Part shown: piece after piece, positions 1 to 10,346 of the stretch
Layout: the number at the start of each line of letters is the position of its first letter
How positions within the stretch are numbered: position 1 is the stretch's first letter
Assembly (NCBI GenBank): GCA_038131935.1
Contig: JAYPQH010000018.1
Location: 1 to 64,000 of the forward strand
DNA from: Alphaproteobacteria bacterium
GTDB lineage: Bacteria; Pseudomonadota; Alphaproteobacteria; UBA8317
Length of the DNA stretch: 64,000 nt
Direction of reading: 5' to 3'
Program-made: the position numbers and the translations under genes
The notes under the pieces: generated by a model
Seen by the model: the letters and a program-made list of their open reading frames with translations, nothing else
Told to the model about the DNA's origin: nothing
Databases searched by the model: none

Positions 1-1129
1 GTATCAGCGCCATCAACGCCAGGGTCATTATCTCCTGCACCGCCCCAAATAACGTCATTACCAGAGCCAGCAGTTATTATGTCAGCACCAAGGCCGCCAT
101 AGACTGTATTGTTGCCTTCACCTGCATCGATTACATCAGCACCAGCACCGCCATCAACATAGTCATTGCCTTCACCTGCATCGATGATGTCGGCACCACC
201 CTGGGTCCGGTCGACCATTGCTCCCCAATATTGGATACCCGTACGCGTCTCACTTGTATTGTTCTGATAATAGAACCAATCTAGCGACGACCAGCCATCT
301 CCATAGAGTCTATCATCGGACGCACCACCAGAGAGCTCATCCGCTCCGACACCTCCTATAAGAATGTCTATATTATTGCCGCCTGTGATTTTATCGTCAC
401 CAGATGCGCCAAAAAGCACATTACTATAAGAAAGACCTAATATACCATGTGCTTTACCAATATTATTCTTAAAAGTAGTTTCAGAGCGGACATCACTTAC
501 ACTCAAGGTATCGTTGCCAGCACCACCATCCGCAAAGTTTGCGCCTTCAATCCTGTCGCCACCTGAACTGCCAGTAAAGACAAGCGCTCTATCCTTAATC
601 GCAGTCTGAAGACCACTTGAAATGGTAAGATCATCGTTGCCACCACCAAGGTTATAATAACGCCCACTGCTATCGGTATACCACTGCTCATTCGCACTCA
701 GATCAAGATCATAAATGATCTTATTATTCATCACTGGGAAGCTTGGTTTGATCACGCAACATAACTCCGCTGAAAACTACGTCTGTTATCGATATCAGTT
801 AAATTCCTTCACTTCGCCGTTAATCGATGCGTCAGTTGTTATAAAAGAAATTGAGAAAGTTTTATTATAATCAGTGCTAACACTTGATCATCTGGAACGT
901 TAATGAAATTTTTTTGAATGATCGGTTCCAAGCTCATCAACTCCAAATGCAAGGGCATTTGTGATTTCACCATTGAAAAGTACACTGCTGTTTTTCTTGA
1001 TGTAAAGTTGACAACGACTGAGCTGGGAAACCCTACAGACCGAAAAATATCTCAAGCCTCGCCCTGGCCGTCTCTCTCAGAGAAATTATCCGGATAACTG
1101 ATCGCGTAAAAGTTTCGTACGATTTCCAT
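1..1129 (-). CDS. RTX/hemolysin-type Ca-binding repeat protein (runs off the left edge; 5' part frameshifted)
   Basis: Manual translation of the minus strand is open from ~778 to 1 and contains repeated GGxGxDxI nonapeptides (GGAGNDTL, GASGDDKI, GGVGADEL, DAGEGNDYV, DGGAGADVI, YGGLGADII, AGSGNDVI). The ATG at 1129 is only a candidate start. Confidence 0.8.
112..185. repeat. 20-bp direct repeat within the RTX coding repeats
   Basis: ttgccttcacctgcatcgat occurs at 112-131 and 166-185, 54 nt apart (two nonapeptides). Confidence 0.8.
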
Positions 1130-1604
1130 AAAAGAGCCTATTTATAGATAAAAGTGGATTAAAATATAGTCTTGAAATAACTTTAAATGCAAGTTTTTGT
1201 TTTCCATTCAGACGAATAAATCTTTAAAACAGTCATCTTACATATTTCATATAATTTTTACGTTTTTCATAAACTTAACCTGTAAGAATATTCAAAGCAT
1301 CCATAATGAGGGTAACGGCCAACAGAAGTTTTGTATTAAAACTGATTGTTTGATATCACCTTCAAGCACAATTTTTGTGAGAATTTGGCAATTTCCTAAA
1401 TCTGTTTGAATAAACTCACATCAATTTAAGCTATCTCTCTAAAACTTTTAAAAATTTTTTCCTTAACAAATTTACATATTATATAAAATATATATAGATC
1501 ATATATCCTTGTTTTAAACGGTTATTGCTCCACGATAATCCAATCTTACCTTTTGATTATCTACAAAGCGATTCATACTGTCAGGTTTTTTCCTTGAGGA
1601 TAGA

Positions 1605-2850
1605 ATGAGTATCTCCACTAAATTTGAGCAGAAAGGGGTAGAGGATATCGTTCCTGACAACTTACAAGCCCGCCGCAACAGGTAAAACAAATAGAGAAAG
1701 CACTAATGTCTTTTGCACGACAGGGCATCAAAGCCCTTGTGATTGACGAACATGATAGGACGCTGATGGGTATTTACGCTATCATTGTGCTGTAGATCTT
1801 AAATATACAGAACTGCCCGTTGTCGTTGTATCAGATCTATCAGAACAACAACGTATTGAACTCAGTTTAAGCCTTAACAGACTTCCACAGGATACCGTCT
1901 GGGATCAGGCAGCCCTCAAAATTCAATTCGAGACCTCTTTGAAGTTGATCTATCATTCATCGGCTTTGAGGTTGCAGAGCTGACGCAGCATTAAGCTTTG
2001 TGTTGTTATTGAATGATCCTGATGATATTTGTACATTACCCACAGAGCTGATCAGGCCAAGTTGGCGACATCATAAAGGTGGGAAACCACTATTTGATCT
2101 GTGGTAATGCCCTTGAATTGTCTTCTTTGTTCCTAAGAATTAAATGCTGATGCACCCTCCTTGGGTGGTAAATAGACCACCATACAATGTGTCTGTAAAA
2201 CGCCATGTTCAGGTTCATGGTCACCATGAAGAGTTCAGCATGGCCAGTGGTGAGATGGATGATGCCACTTTTTGTGCGTTTTTGGAGGACTTTTTACAGA
2301 TCGCCAAAACCATCTCAACATCTGATGCATTGTTCTACGTATTCATGGATTGGCGCCATTACCCCCTTCGATCAAGCTGCAAAGGATGCTGGCTTTATCT
2401 CCGTCGCATCTGGTGTGTATAATCGCAGCAACGCTGCATGGGTTCTTTTATCGATCCAACATGAACTCGTGGGTGTGTATAGTGCATCTGAGCGTTATCA
2501 GAACAACATCAAATTAGGTACACATGGACGCTATAGGGACCAATGTCTGGCAATTATCCTGTTAAGTTAGTTTTGACCAACGCGCACTCAAGACTTAGCT
2601 GACCATCCGCTAAAGCCCAAAGCACGATCGGATATTTATCAAAGATTGTACATCCATTGAGATGTTGTTCTGATCCGTTTCGAAGTGGCACAACGCTTCC
2701 TCGCCTGTCAGGCAACTAAGCGACAAGGTATCGGGGTTGAACTGGATCCTTGTTACGTGGATGCCGCTCACGGCGCCCATATACTCCACCTAACGGATGG
2801 AGTCCAACAGAGCACAGGTTCCACATATTCAAATTTATTAAAGGAGAGCT
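1605..2850 (+). CDS. ParB-like N-terminal domain fused to an N6/N4 DNA methyltransferase (beta class); multiply frameshifted as given
   Basis: GAGGA RBS and ATG at 1605. Fragments include ELPVVVVSDLSEQQ...NRLPQDTVWD (ParB-MTase type), gac-cac-cat-ac at 2175 (D/PPYNV, motif IV, with one C missing), EFSMASGEM, YVFMDWRH, NNIKLGTHGRYR, and DVVL/DPF/SGTTL...GIGVELDPCYVD (motif I) at 2661-2762. The end is approximate. Confidence 0.8.
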
Positions 2851-2853
2851 CGC

Positions 2854-3233
2854 ATGGCTGACAACGATGCAGGCTACAGAAAGCCACCAAAACACACACA
2901 ATTCAAAAAAGGCCAATCAGGAAACCCCAAAGGTCGTCCACGTAAAGGCAAGAGCCCAATAGGACAGGATTCGCCGTATCTTCTGATGAACCAATAATAA
3001 TCTATGAGGACGGTAAAGCCAAAACCGTGACCAAAGGTGAAGCCATGATAAGACGCCTTGTGGCTGATTCCATTAACGGAAAGATCGGCGCTCAAAAGTT
3101 GGCCAAGGAATTCTATTTAACTGTCAACAAAAAGGAGCCTGGGGAAGCTCATTCGCCTCAAGAACAAGAAGAATTTGATAAATTATTAGTCGCCGCGATG
3201 AACGCTCATGAACCAGCTAAGCCCTGGTTTTAA
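2854..3233 (+). CDS. DUF5681-family protein (frameshifted near 2970-3000)
   Basis: AAGGAG RBS at 2841. ATG 2854 reads MADNDAGYRKPPKHTQFKKGQSGNPKGRPRK (FKKGQSGNPKGRP signature) and continues as EDGKAKTVTKGEAMIRRLV. Confidence 0.8.
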
Positions 3234-4608
3234 AAAGCTTTTAAGAATCCATCCAGCTACTGGTTTTGATGTTTATAGGGAAAATCATCTTTGGTGAGAA
3301 CGATGTGAATTGCATCATTCGGCCATTACATGCTTAAAGATGTCTATGAAGGTCGATTGCAAGGTTGATCATCAACGCGCCACCAAGAAGCTTTAAAACA
3401 GCTACCACTACCATTAGTTACCAGCATGGTTGTTAGGTAAAAACCTTCCACCAAAATCATCATCGTGGGCTACTCCTTAGACATCGCACACAAATGGGAC
3501 GATGAGATTAGAACCATCATGAACCATGACTTTTACAAGGAGCTGTTTCCATACTGTTCTTTCCAATCGTAACGTTCCAAAGGTAAAATCACCACCACAG
3601 CTGGTGGCCCAATAAGATGCACATCCTTTGAATCGACACTTACAGGTCTAGAGGAGACTATATCGTCATCGATGACCCTATCAAAGCAGGAGCAACGGCT
3701 TCTCACAGTATAAGAGAAAAAGCGAACGAGGATTTTGCCAGGGTTGTTAGTACAAGACCGAATGACCCCACCAAAGGTGCTATCATCCTGTGCATGCAGC
3801 GTTTGCATGTAGAGGACCTTACAGGCTTTCTCCTAAGCAAACCTGAGACGAATTGGAAGCAACTTTCCTTACCTGCAAAGTTTGCAGAAGATGCCAGTTA
3901 TCGACTTGTTGATGGCCATGTTCATCACGCAAAAGGCAGAGACCTTCTCCATGAAGAACGTCTTCCTCAAAAAAACATCTAATAGAACAGGAAATCATGA
4001 TGGACAAGCCTCCTTTAGTGCTCAGTACCTTCAGACACCAATCTTAGAGGAGAATAATGGGTTAAACAGAGATCACTTTGGCTGGTATAATCCAAATGAA
4101 ATTGATTTAACCGGGGCAAGGGTCGTGCATTGTTGGGATACTGCTGTCACCGCAAAAGAAACCAATGATTTACAGCCTTTCTTGCAATAGCGCAAGGATG
4201 ACAGGTTTTATATTACAGACATAGATCGTTTTAAAAATGAACGCTGCAGACTTGCCACCAATAATTGTTGACCGCGCCAACTTAGATAAACCACAACAAC
4301 TGTTAATCGAGCGTGCCCCTCATGCCGAGTATGTCATTGAAGAAGTGAGGAAACAGATAAATGGTGACACCCGTCTCATTTCTTACGAGCCCAAAAACAG
4401 TTCCAAACAAGAACGCCTTGATAGGGCAACCCCTCGCATACAGAACAAACGCGTCTTTCTACCAGAAACCCACAAACTCAAAGATATATTTTTAGAAGAA
4501 GTTATGTCCTTCCCCAAAGGTCATTACGATGATCTTGTAGATTGCCTCACCATGGGGATTAATTACCTGGCTGAGTCGAGTGGTATTGCCATTTATAAGA
4601 TTAGTTAA
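3208..4608 (+). CDS. Phage terminase large subunit (ATPase plus RNase H-like nuclease); multiply frameshifted
   Basis: Walker A-like RLIINAPPRSFKT (3362-3400), Walker B IVIDDPIK (3662-3685), MQRLHVEDL, FSAQYLQTP, and nuclease acidic motifs CWDTA, LLIE, FPKGHYDDLVD. Confidence 0.85.
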
Positions 4609-4675
4609 TCTCTACTTGTCTTCCACACGAAAGGAAGCATGCATGGTCCTCAACTTAACATAAGGAGAGGACGAT

Positions 4676-5059
4676 ATGGCCGGAAAAACCAGTGATGAAC
4701 GCATAAAGCTAGGGGTGGAATGGGAGACCATGTCAATATCCCGCCCCATACAAATCGAGCGTGCAGCTTTATAGAACTGTGTTTGCGGATAGAGAAACAA
4801 TGAAGAGTCAAAGGTTCCATGTCAGCTGCCAAACTTGCCTCAAGACTTGCAAGAAAAAAATACGCAAAAGCGAACAACATTCAAGTTAGAGTTACCTCTG
4901 GCACAGAGATTTGCAGGCCATGGAACGGTCAGAGAGATTAAAGTCCAAGTCTGTGAAGATGGCTTTTATTGTGAAGGAAAGGTTTATCCATCATTAAGTG
5001 CTCTCGCCTCATCAGTTACCGGCACCAAAAGATCAGGTCCTGTCTTTTTGGGCTTATAA
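4676..5059 (+). CDS. DUF2924-family protein (frameshifted)
   Basis: [22 protein letters not shown] (4900-4929) and [33 protein letters not shown] match the DUF2924 pattern. The stop overlaps the recombinase start (TAATG). Confidence 0.75.
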
Positions 5060-6598
5060 TGAGGGCAGCTATTTATACCCGCAAGAGCACCGAAGATGGT
5101 TTGGAACAGGACTTCAACAGCCTGGATGCACAAAGAGAGGCGTGTGCTGCTTATATCCAATCACAACGCCATGAAGGCTGGACTAAGCTTGAGCGATATG
5201 AGGATGGAGGTTGGTCAAGGAGGCAACCTTTAAGCGGCCAGGTCTTCAAAGCCTACTTACAGATATCTCAAAAGGTCTTATTGATGTGGTGGTGGTTTAC
5301 AAGATTGATCGATTAACAAGAAGTTTGTCAGACTTTGCAAAGTTGGTAGACGTCTTCGATCAACAAAAGGTTACCTTTGTCTCTGTCACACAACAGTTCA
5401 ACACAACATCATCCATGGGGCGGCTAACACTTAACGTGCTATTATCTTTGCCCAATATGAGAGATTACTACAGAGCGGTTAAAAGATAAGATTGCAGCCT
5501 CTAAGACCCGTGGCATGTTCATGGGGGGAACCGTTCCTCTTGGGTATAAAACTGAAAATGGAAAGCTTCTTATCGATGAAGAAGGAGCAAACATCATCCA
5601 CCATGTATTTGAATACTACAAAGACCTCAGGAACGGCTATGAGGTCATGAAGAAGTTACGTGCCACAGGCATGAAGAGACCCTCCTATGTGAGCAAGAAA
5701 GGAACACGGAGGGCCGCAAACTATCTAAGCACGGGTACAATCTACAAAATACTTTCCAACCCCATCTATATCGGCAAGGTTCGGCATCATGGAAAGGAGC
5801 ATAAAGGTCAACATCAGACCATTATCTCAAAGGCACTTTGGAATGATGTCCAATCCATACTTAAAGATCAGAGTAGAAGGCCAAGAGGGAGACAGTCTAA
5901 ACATCAACATCTGTTTTTACCCTTGCAGGGAAACTCTTCTCCTCTACAGGATGCCCTCTCACCCAGAACCAATAAAAAGAATAATATCACCTACCGTCAT
6001 TATGCCGTCTCAAGAACAAGGGTGCCCCCGCCTCATGGCGACAGAACCCATATACCAGCACCAGAGCTAGAACGGACCACCATAGAATCTGTGAAACAAT
6101 TTATCTTTACCTGCACATATCAAGAAAGCTCTCTAGAACCTGAGGCATTTGAGAAGGCCAAACACAAGCTCTTAAATGATCAGATGCATGCTCAAATCCA
6201 GAAAATTATTCTCTACAATGATCATATTCTTATCAGCCTAACGGAACCCTGCATCACATCATTGGGCTTGAAGCAAAACCCACAGATACGACAGAACATA
6301 GAGCCACAGCAGGTTGGCCAACGACATCGAGTTATCCTCACGCCTCAAAATAGTTGCAAGCCAAATGAAGAGATAATTCTGTCTGTTGCAAAAGCATGGC
6401 GTTGGTATGAACAGCTTACCACCAAGAAAGTGCACTCCGTGAAGGAACTCGCCATCAAGAAAAACAACTTCAAGTGTCATTATCAGAAATTTAAAACTAG
6501 CAGCACTCAACCCAAGTGAAGTTGAAAAGCTATTAAAAGGTCATCACCGTCCTGATCTCACACTTGAGCAGCTCAAACAAAACCTTATAGCTGACTAA
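5059..6598 (+). CDS. Large serine recombinase (resolvase, recombinase and C-terminal domains); about 3 frameshifts
   Basis: [27 protein letters not shown] (catalytic Ser), [45 protein letters not shown]. The C-terminus [17 protein letters not shown] ends at TAA 6596-6598. Confidence 0.9.
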
Positions 6599-6777
6599 TC
6601 TTACAAAAAGGAAACAAGACTGCCAAAAACCTGGTGGAGAACCCCTACCCAATCGGTCCTTTGTGGGCGCAAATATTTTAAGAAACAAGACTGGATACAA
6701 TATCACTGCAGCCAATAAACCCCCAATAAGCGGGCTTTGGTAACATTCTCTAAATAATGATGGAGACAAATGGGTTG

Positions 6778-6867
6778 TGGCGGGCAGGAAGGGATTCGAA
6801 CCCTCGAGACGGTTCCCCGTCTACTCCCTTAGCAGGGGAGCGCCTTCGACCACTCGGCCACCTGCCC
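6778..6867 (-). tRNA. tRNA-Ser(GCT)
   Basis: GGGCAGGTGGCCGAGTGGTCGAAGGCG-CTCCC CT GCT AA GGGAG-long variable arm-GGTTCGAATCCC-TTCCTGCCCG CCA; 90 nt with encoded CCA. Confidence 0.97.
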
Positions 6868-7102
6868 ACCCCTCGCTTACATGATCTTTCAAAGTTTATG
6901 CAAGGCACGTTGCTGCAAAACACATGCTATTTGACACTACAAACCGAGCCAAAATCAAAATCCACATAAGTTGTACAAATTTTGCACCAGATTGATGGCC
7001 CGTACCCCTTCACAAAGTCATGTCAGACATTATTGGGAACCCAATTGTCGAAACATGCGCTTGTTGAATAATAACGGAAGAGAAATCACCCTGATGGACC
7101 AC

Positions 7103-8569
7103 TTATTGTTGATCTAACTTCGTTTTCAGGATTTGGTTTACAACAGAAGGATTGGCTTTACCTTCTGTTTGCTTCATCACCTGCCCAACAAACCATCCCA
7201 TGATTTTTACCTTACCGGCTTTGTATGCTTCAACATTTTCCGGTGCCTGTGCAATCAATCCATCTATAATGCCTTCTAAAGCAGCCGTATCGGAGACCTG
7301 CGCAAGGCCTTGTGTTTCAACAATTTGGCGGGGATCGCCGCCTTTTGTCCACATCACATCAAAGACCTGCTTGGCAATTTTTCCTGAAATCAGGCCCTCT
7401 TCAATCAATAAAATCAAATCCGCCAGCTGCTGCGCGCTCACAGGACTCTCATCAATATTTTTTTCTGCCTTATTCAAGGCTCCAAACAATTCACCTGTTA
7501 TCCAATTTGCAGCCATCTTTGCGGGTGCTGTTTTGATAACATCCTCAAAATAATCGGCGAACATTTTGTCTGCGCACAACACTGACGCATCATAATCACT
7601 CAAACCCAATTCTTGGACAAAACGGGCACGTTTCTGATCGGGCAACTCTGGCATTGATGCCCTGATAGCTTCAACCAATTCTTCTGAGAACACCAAAGGT
7701 GGTAGATCAGGGTCTGGGAAATACCGATAATCATGAGCGTCTTCTTTTGAGCGCATGGAGCGTGTTTCGCCTGTTACAGGATCAAACAAGCGTGTTTCTT
7801 GAACAATCTCACCACCATTTTCCAACACATCAACTTGGCGAGCAGCTTCGTAAACAATGGCTTGCTGAACAAATTTAACTGAATTTACATTTTTGATTTC
7901 ACACCGGGTTCCAAATGGCTCACCAGGACGGCGAACAGAAACATTTACATCTGCCCGCATTGATCCTTGATCCATATTTCCATCACAGGTTCCCAAATAA
8001 CGCACGATAGAACGTAATTTTGCCAAATAGGCACCAGCTTCATGTGGACTTCGCATATCAGGACGCGACACAATTTCCATCAGGGCAATTCCTGATCTGT
8101 TTAAATCGACATGTGAATTCCTAGGGTCCAAATCATGAACCGATTTACCCGCATCTTGCTCAAGATGAATACGCTCAACACCAATACGTTTTGATGAACC
8201 GTCCTCAAGCGTAATATCCACATAACCCTCGCCAACAATCGGATGGTACAACTGAGAAATCTGATACCCTTGCGGCAGGTCCGGGTAAAAATAATTCTTT
8301 CGATCAAACCGTGACCAACAATTGATTTGTGCATGAATACCCAAACCCGTTCGGATAGCCTGCTTGACACAAACCTCATTGATGACTGGAAGCATTCCCG
8401 GCATCGCTGCATCAACAAGACTTACCTGGCTGTTAGGCGGCGCTCCAAAAGCAGTAGCGGCTGAAGAAAACAACTTTGATTCTGACAATACCTGGGCATG
8501 CACCTCAAGCCCAACAACAATTTCAAAAGGTCCTGTAGCCCCTTCAACAATATAGTCTGCCTTACTCAT
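7103..8569 (-). CDS. gatB: Asp/Glu-tRNA amidotransferase subunit B
   Basis: [38 protein letters not shown]; start taken at MSKADY. Confidence 0.97.
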   Translation of the reverse strand: MSKADYIVEGATGPFEIVVGLEVHAQVLSESKLFSSAATAFGAPPNSQVSLVDAAMPGMLPVINEVCVKQAIRTGLGIHAQINCWSRFDRKNYFYPDLPQGYQISQLYHPIVGEGYVDITLEDGSSKRIGVERIHLEQDAGKSVHDLDPRNSHVDLNRSGIALMEIVSRPDMRSPHEAGAYLAKLRSIVRYLGTCDGNMDQGSMRADVNVSVRRPGEPFGTRCEIKNVNSVKFVQQAIVYEAARQVDVLENGGEIVQETRLFDPVTGETRSMRSKEDAHDYRYFPDPDLPPLVFSEELVEAIRASMPELPDQKRARFVQELGLSDYDASVLCADKMFADYFEDVIKTAPAKMAANWITGELFGALNKAEKNIDESPVSAQQLADLILLIEEGLISGKIAKQVFDVMWTKGGDPRQIVETQGLAQVSDTAALEGIIDGLIAQAPENVEAYKAGKVKIMGWFVGQVMKQTEGKANPSVVNQILKTKLDQQ

Positions 8570-8580
8570 CCCCAACTCCC

Positions 8581-10062
8581 TCAATCTTCCTGCCACCAAG
8601 GCGTTGGCACATGGTTAAACATCGCAGCTCGCTCCAACGCTGCACCAACCTGTATCATGGTTGCTTCACCAAATGATGATCCAATAACCTGTAACCCTAA
8701 TGGTAACCCTGAAGTATCACACCCAGCAGGCACAGACATTGCTGGCAAACCAGCAAGGTTGGTAGATACGGTAAATACATCATTCAGATACATTTGAAGC
8801 GGGTCCAATTTCGCCCCCAGAGGAAAAGCTGCATTTGGTGTTGTAGGCGTCAACAAAACATCAACATTTTTGAAAACGTCTATAAAATCATTTCGGATCA
8901 ACCTACGAACAGATTGTGCTTTGTTGTAGTAAGCATCGTAATAGCCCGATGAAAGAACATGCGTACCAATCAAGATACGACGTTTAACTTCATCCCCAAA
9001 GCCTTCCGCACGAGAGCGTGCGTATAGATCTTCAAGATTTTTACTCCCCTCCGCGCGCTGTCCATAGCGCACACCATCGTACCGAGCGAGGTTTGAGGAT
9101 GCCTCTGCTGGAGCGATGATGTAATAGGCTGCTAAAGCAAAATGATTGTGAGGAAGTTTAACCTCCACAATCTCCGCGCCCTGATCAGCCAACCAGGATG
9201 CTCCCTTCTGCCATAATTCTTTTATCTGAGGATCAAGATTTCCTTGGTCAAAATCAGTTGGGATACCAACCCTCAAACCTTTGATAGGCTTGTTGATAGC
9301 TGATACGTAGTCACCAGCTTTGATGTTTGATGATGTAGCATCTTTTGGATCATGCCCCGCCATCGCTTGTAAAAGCAAAGCAGCGTCTGCCACATTGGTT
9401 GCCATGGGCCCTGCTTGATCAAGTGAGGATGCAAACGCAATAATACCCCACCTTGAACATAATCCATATGTAGGTTTGATGCCGACAATGCCTGTCAGGC
9501 TTGCAGGCTGGCGTATAGATCCACCGGTATCGGTTCCTGTGGCGCCTGCACATAATCCAGCTGCCACAGCACTAGCTGAGCCCCCAGATGAACCACCTGG
9601 AACCAATTCTTCAGCCGAATCTGCTGCTTTCCAAGGGTTCACACATGGCCCATAAAAGCTTGTCTCGTTAGACGAACCCATCGCGAATTCATCCATATTT
9701 AATTTTCCCAAAAATACCGCACCCTCAGCGCGCAAACGGGATGTTACATGACTTTCATAAGATGGCCGAAAGCCCGACAAAATCTTGGAACATGCAGACG
9801 CCGTAAATCCAGGGGTGCAAAAGAGGTCTTTGATACCCAGAGGGATCCCCTCAAGAAGCCCTACTTCGCCATTATGACGTCGGAGATCGGACTGTTCAGC
9901 TTGCGATACTGTTACAGCATCATCAACCTCAACAAAAGCATTTAGCCTGTCCGCCTTAGCAATGCGATCTAGGTACATTTTTGCCAATTCAACCGCTGAA
10001 AGCTCTCTGGCCGAAAGTTTTGTGGACAAATCCGTTATTGTATATCTTTGCATAACACTCAC
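8581..10062 (-). CDS. gatA: Asp/Glu-tRNA amidotransferase subunit A
   Basis: Amidase signature PGGSSGGSA...[12 protein letters not shown]; [13 protein letters not shown]. Confidence 0.97.
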   Translation of the reverse strand: MSVMQRYTITDLSTKLSARELSAVELAKMYLDRIAKADRLNAFVEVDDAVTVSQAEQSDLRRHNGEVGLLEGIPLGIKDLFCTPGFTASACSKILSGFRPSYESHVTSRLRAEGAVFLGKLNMDEFAMGSSNETSFYGPCVNPWKAADSAEELVPGGSSGGSASAVAAGLCAGATGTDTGGSIRQPASLTGIVGIKPTYGLCSRWGIIAFASSLDQAGPMATNVADAALLLQAMAGHDPKDATSSNIKAGDYVSAINKPIKGLRVGIPTDFDQGNLDPQIKELWQKGASWLADQGAEIVEVKLPHNHFALAAYYIIAPAEASSNLARYDGVRYGQRAEGSKNLEDLYARSRAEGFGDEVKRRILIGTHVLSSGYYDAYYNKAQSVRRLIRNDFIDVFKNVDVLLTPTTPNAAFPLGAKLDPLQMYLNDVFTVSTNLAGLPAMSVPAGCDTSGLPLGLQVIGSSFGEATMIQVGAALERAAMFNHVPTPWWQED

Positions 10063-10346
10063 TCCACCACCTTCGGCACCACAAAATAACCCTCATCTTG
10101 GATTGGGGCATTGCGCAAGATATCGTCCCGACTGTTGCTCATGGACACGTTATCTTGCCGCATGGGCATTTCATCAACGGTCACACCAGCAAGGGGCTCC
10201 ACATCATCTGTGTCACACTGGCCCAACAAATCTACCCAATCCATAATTTGACTGAGTTCCTCGGCAAGCCGCGCTGTCTCATGCTCATCAACAGAAAGAC
10301 GCGCGAGACGGGCAACCTTTTGCACGGTGTTTAAATCCACAGCCAT
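10059..10346 (-). CDS. gatC: Asp/Glu-tRNA amidotransferase subunit C
   Basis: VARLARL...NAP...[10 protein letters not shown]; directly upstream of gatA. Confidence 0.95.
   Translation of the reverse strand: MAVDLNTVQKVARLARLSVDEHETARLAEELSQIMDWVDLLGQCDTDDVEPLAGVTVDEMPMRQDNVSMSNSRDDILRNAPIQDEGYFVVPKVVE

Larger units (their letters stand above)
1605..6777 (+). mobile_element. Core module of an integrative element at tRNA-Ser (MTase-DUF5681-TerL-DUF2924-large serine recombinase); left boundary probably outside the window
   Basis: Five co-oriented mobile-element or phage-type genes end ~180 bp from the tRNA CCA end, and housekeeping genes resume immediately beyond the tRNA. Confidence 0.8.

Noticed and set aside
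1-420. Short repeats as a CRISPR array or DGR template
   Set aside because: They are in-frame RTX coding repeats; there are no unique spacers, cas genes or reverse transcriptase in the window.
1605-6598. Complete prophage or gene transfer agent cluster
   Set aside because: No portal, capsid, tail, lysis, repressor or replication genes are visible in or next to the module.
6757-6969. 70-aa ORF containing RAGRDSNPR
   Set aside because: It is the antisense translation of tRNA-Ser.
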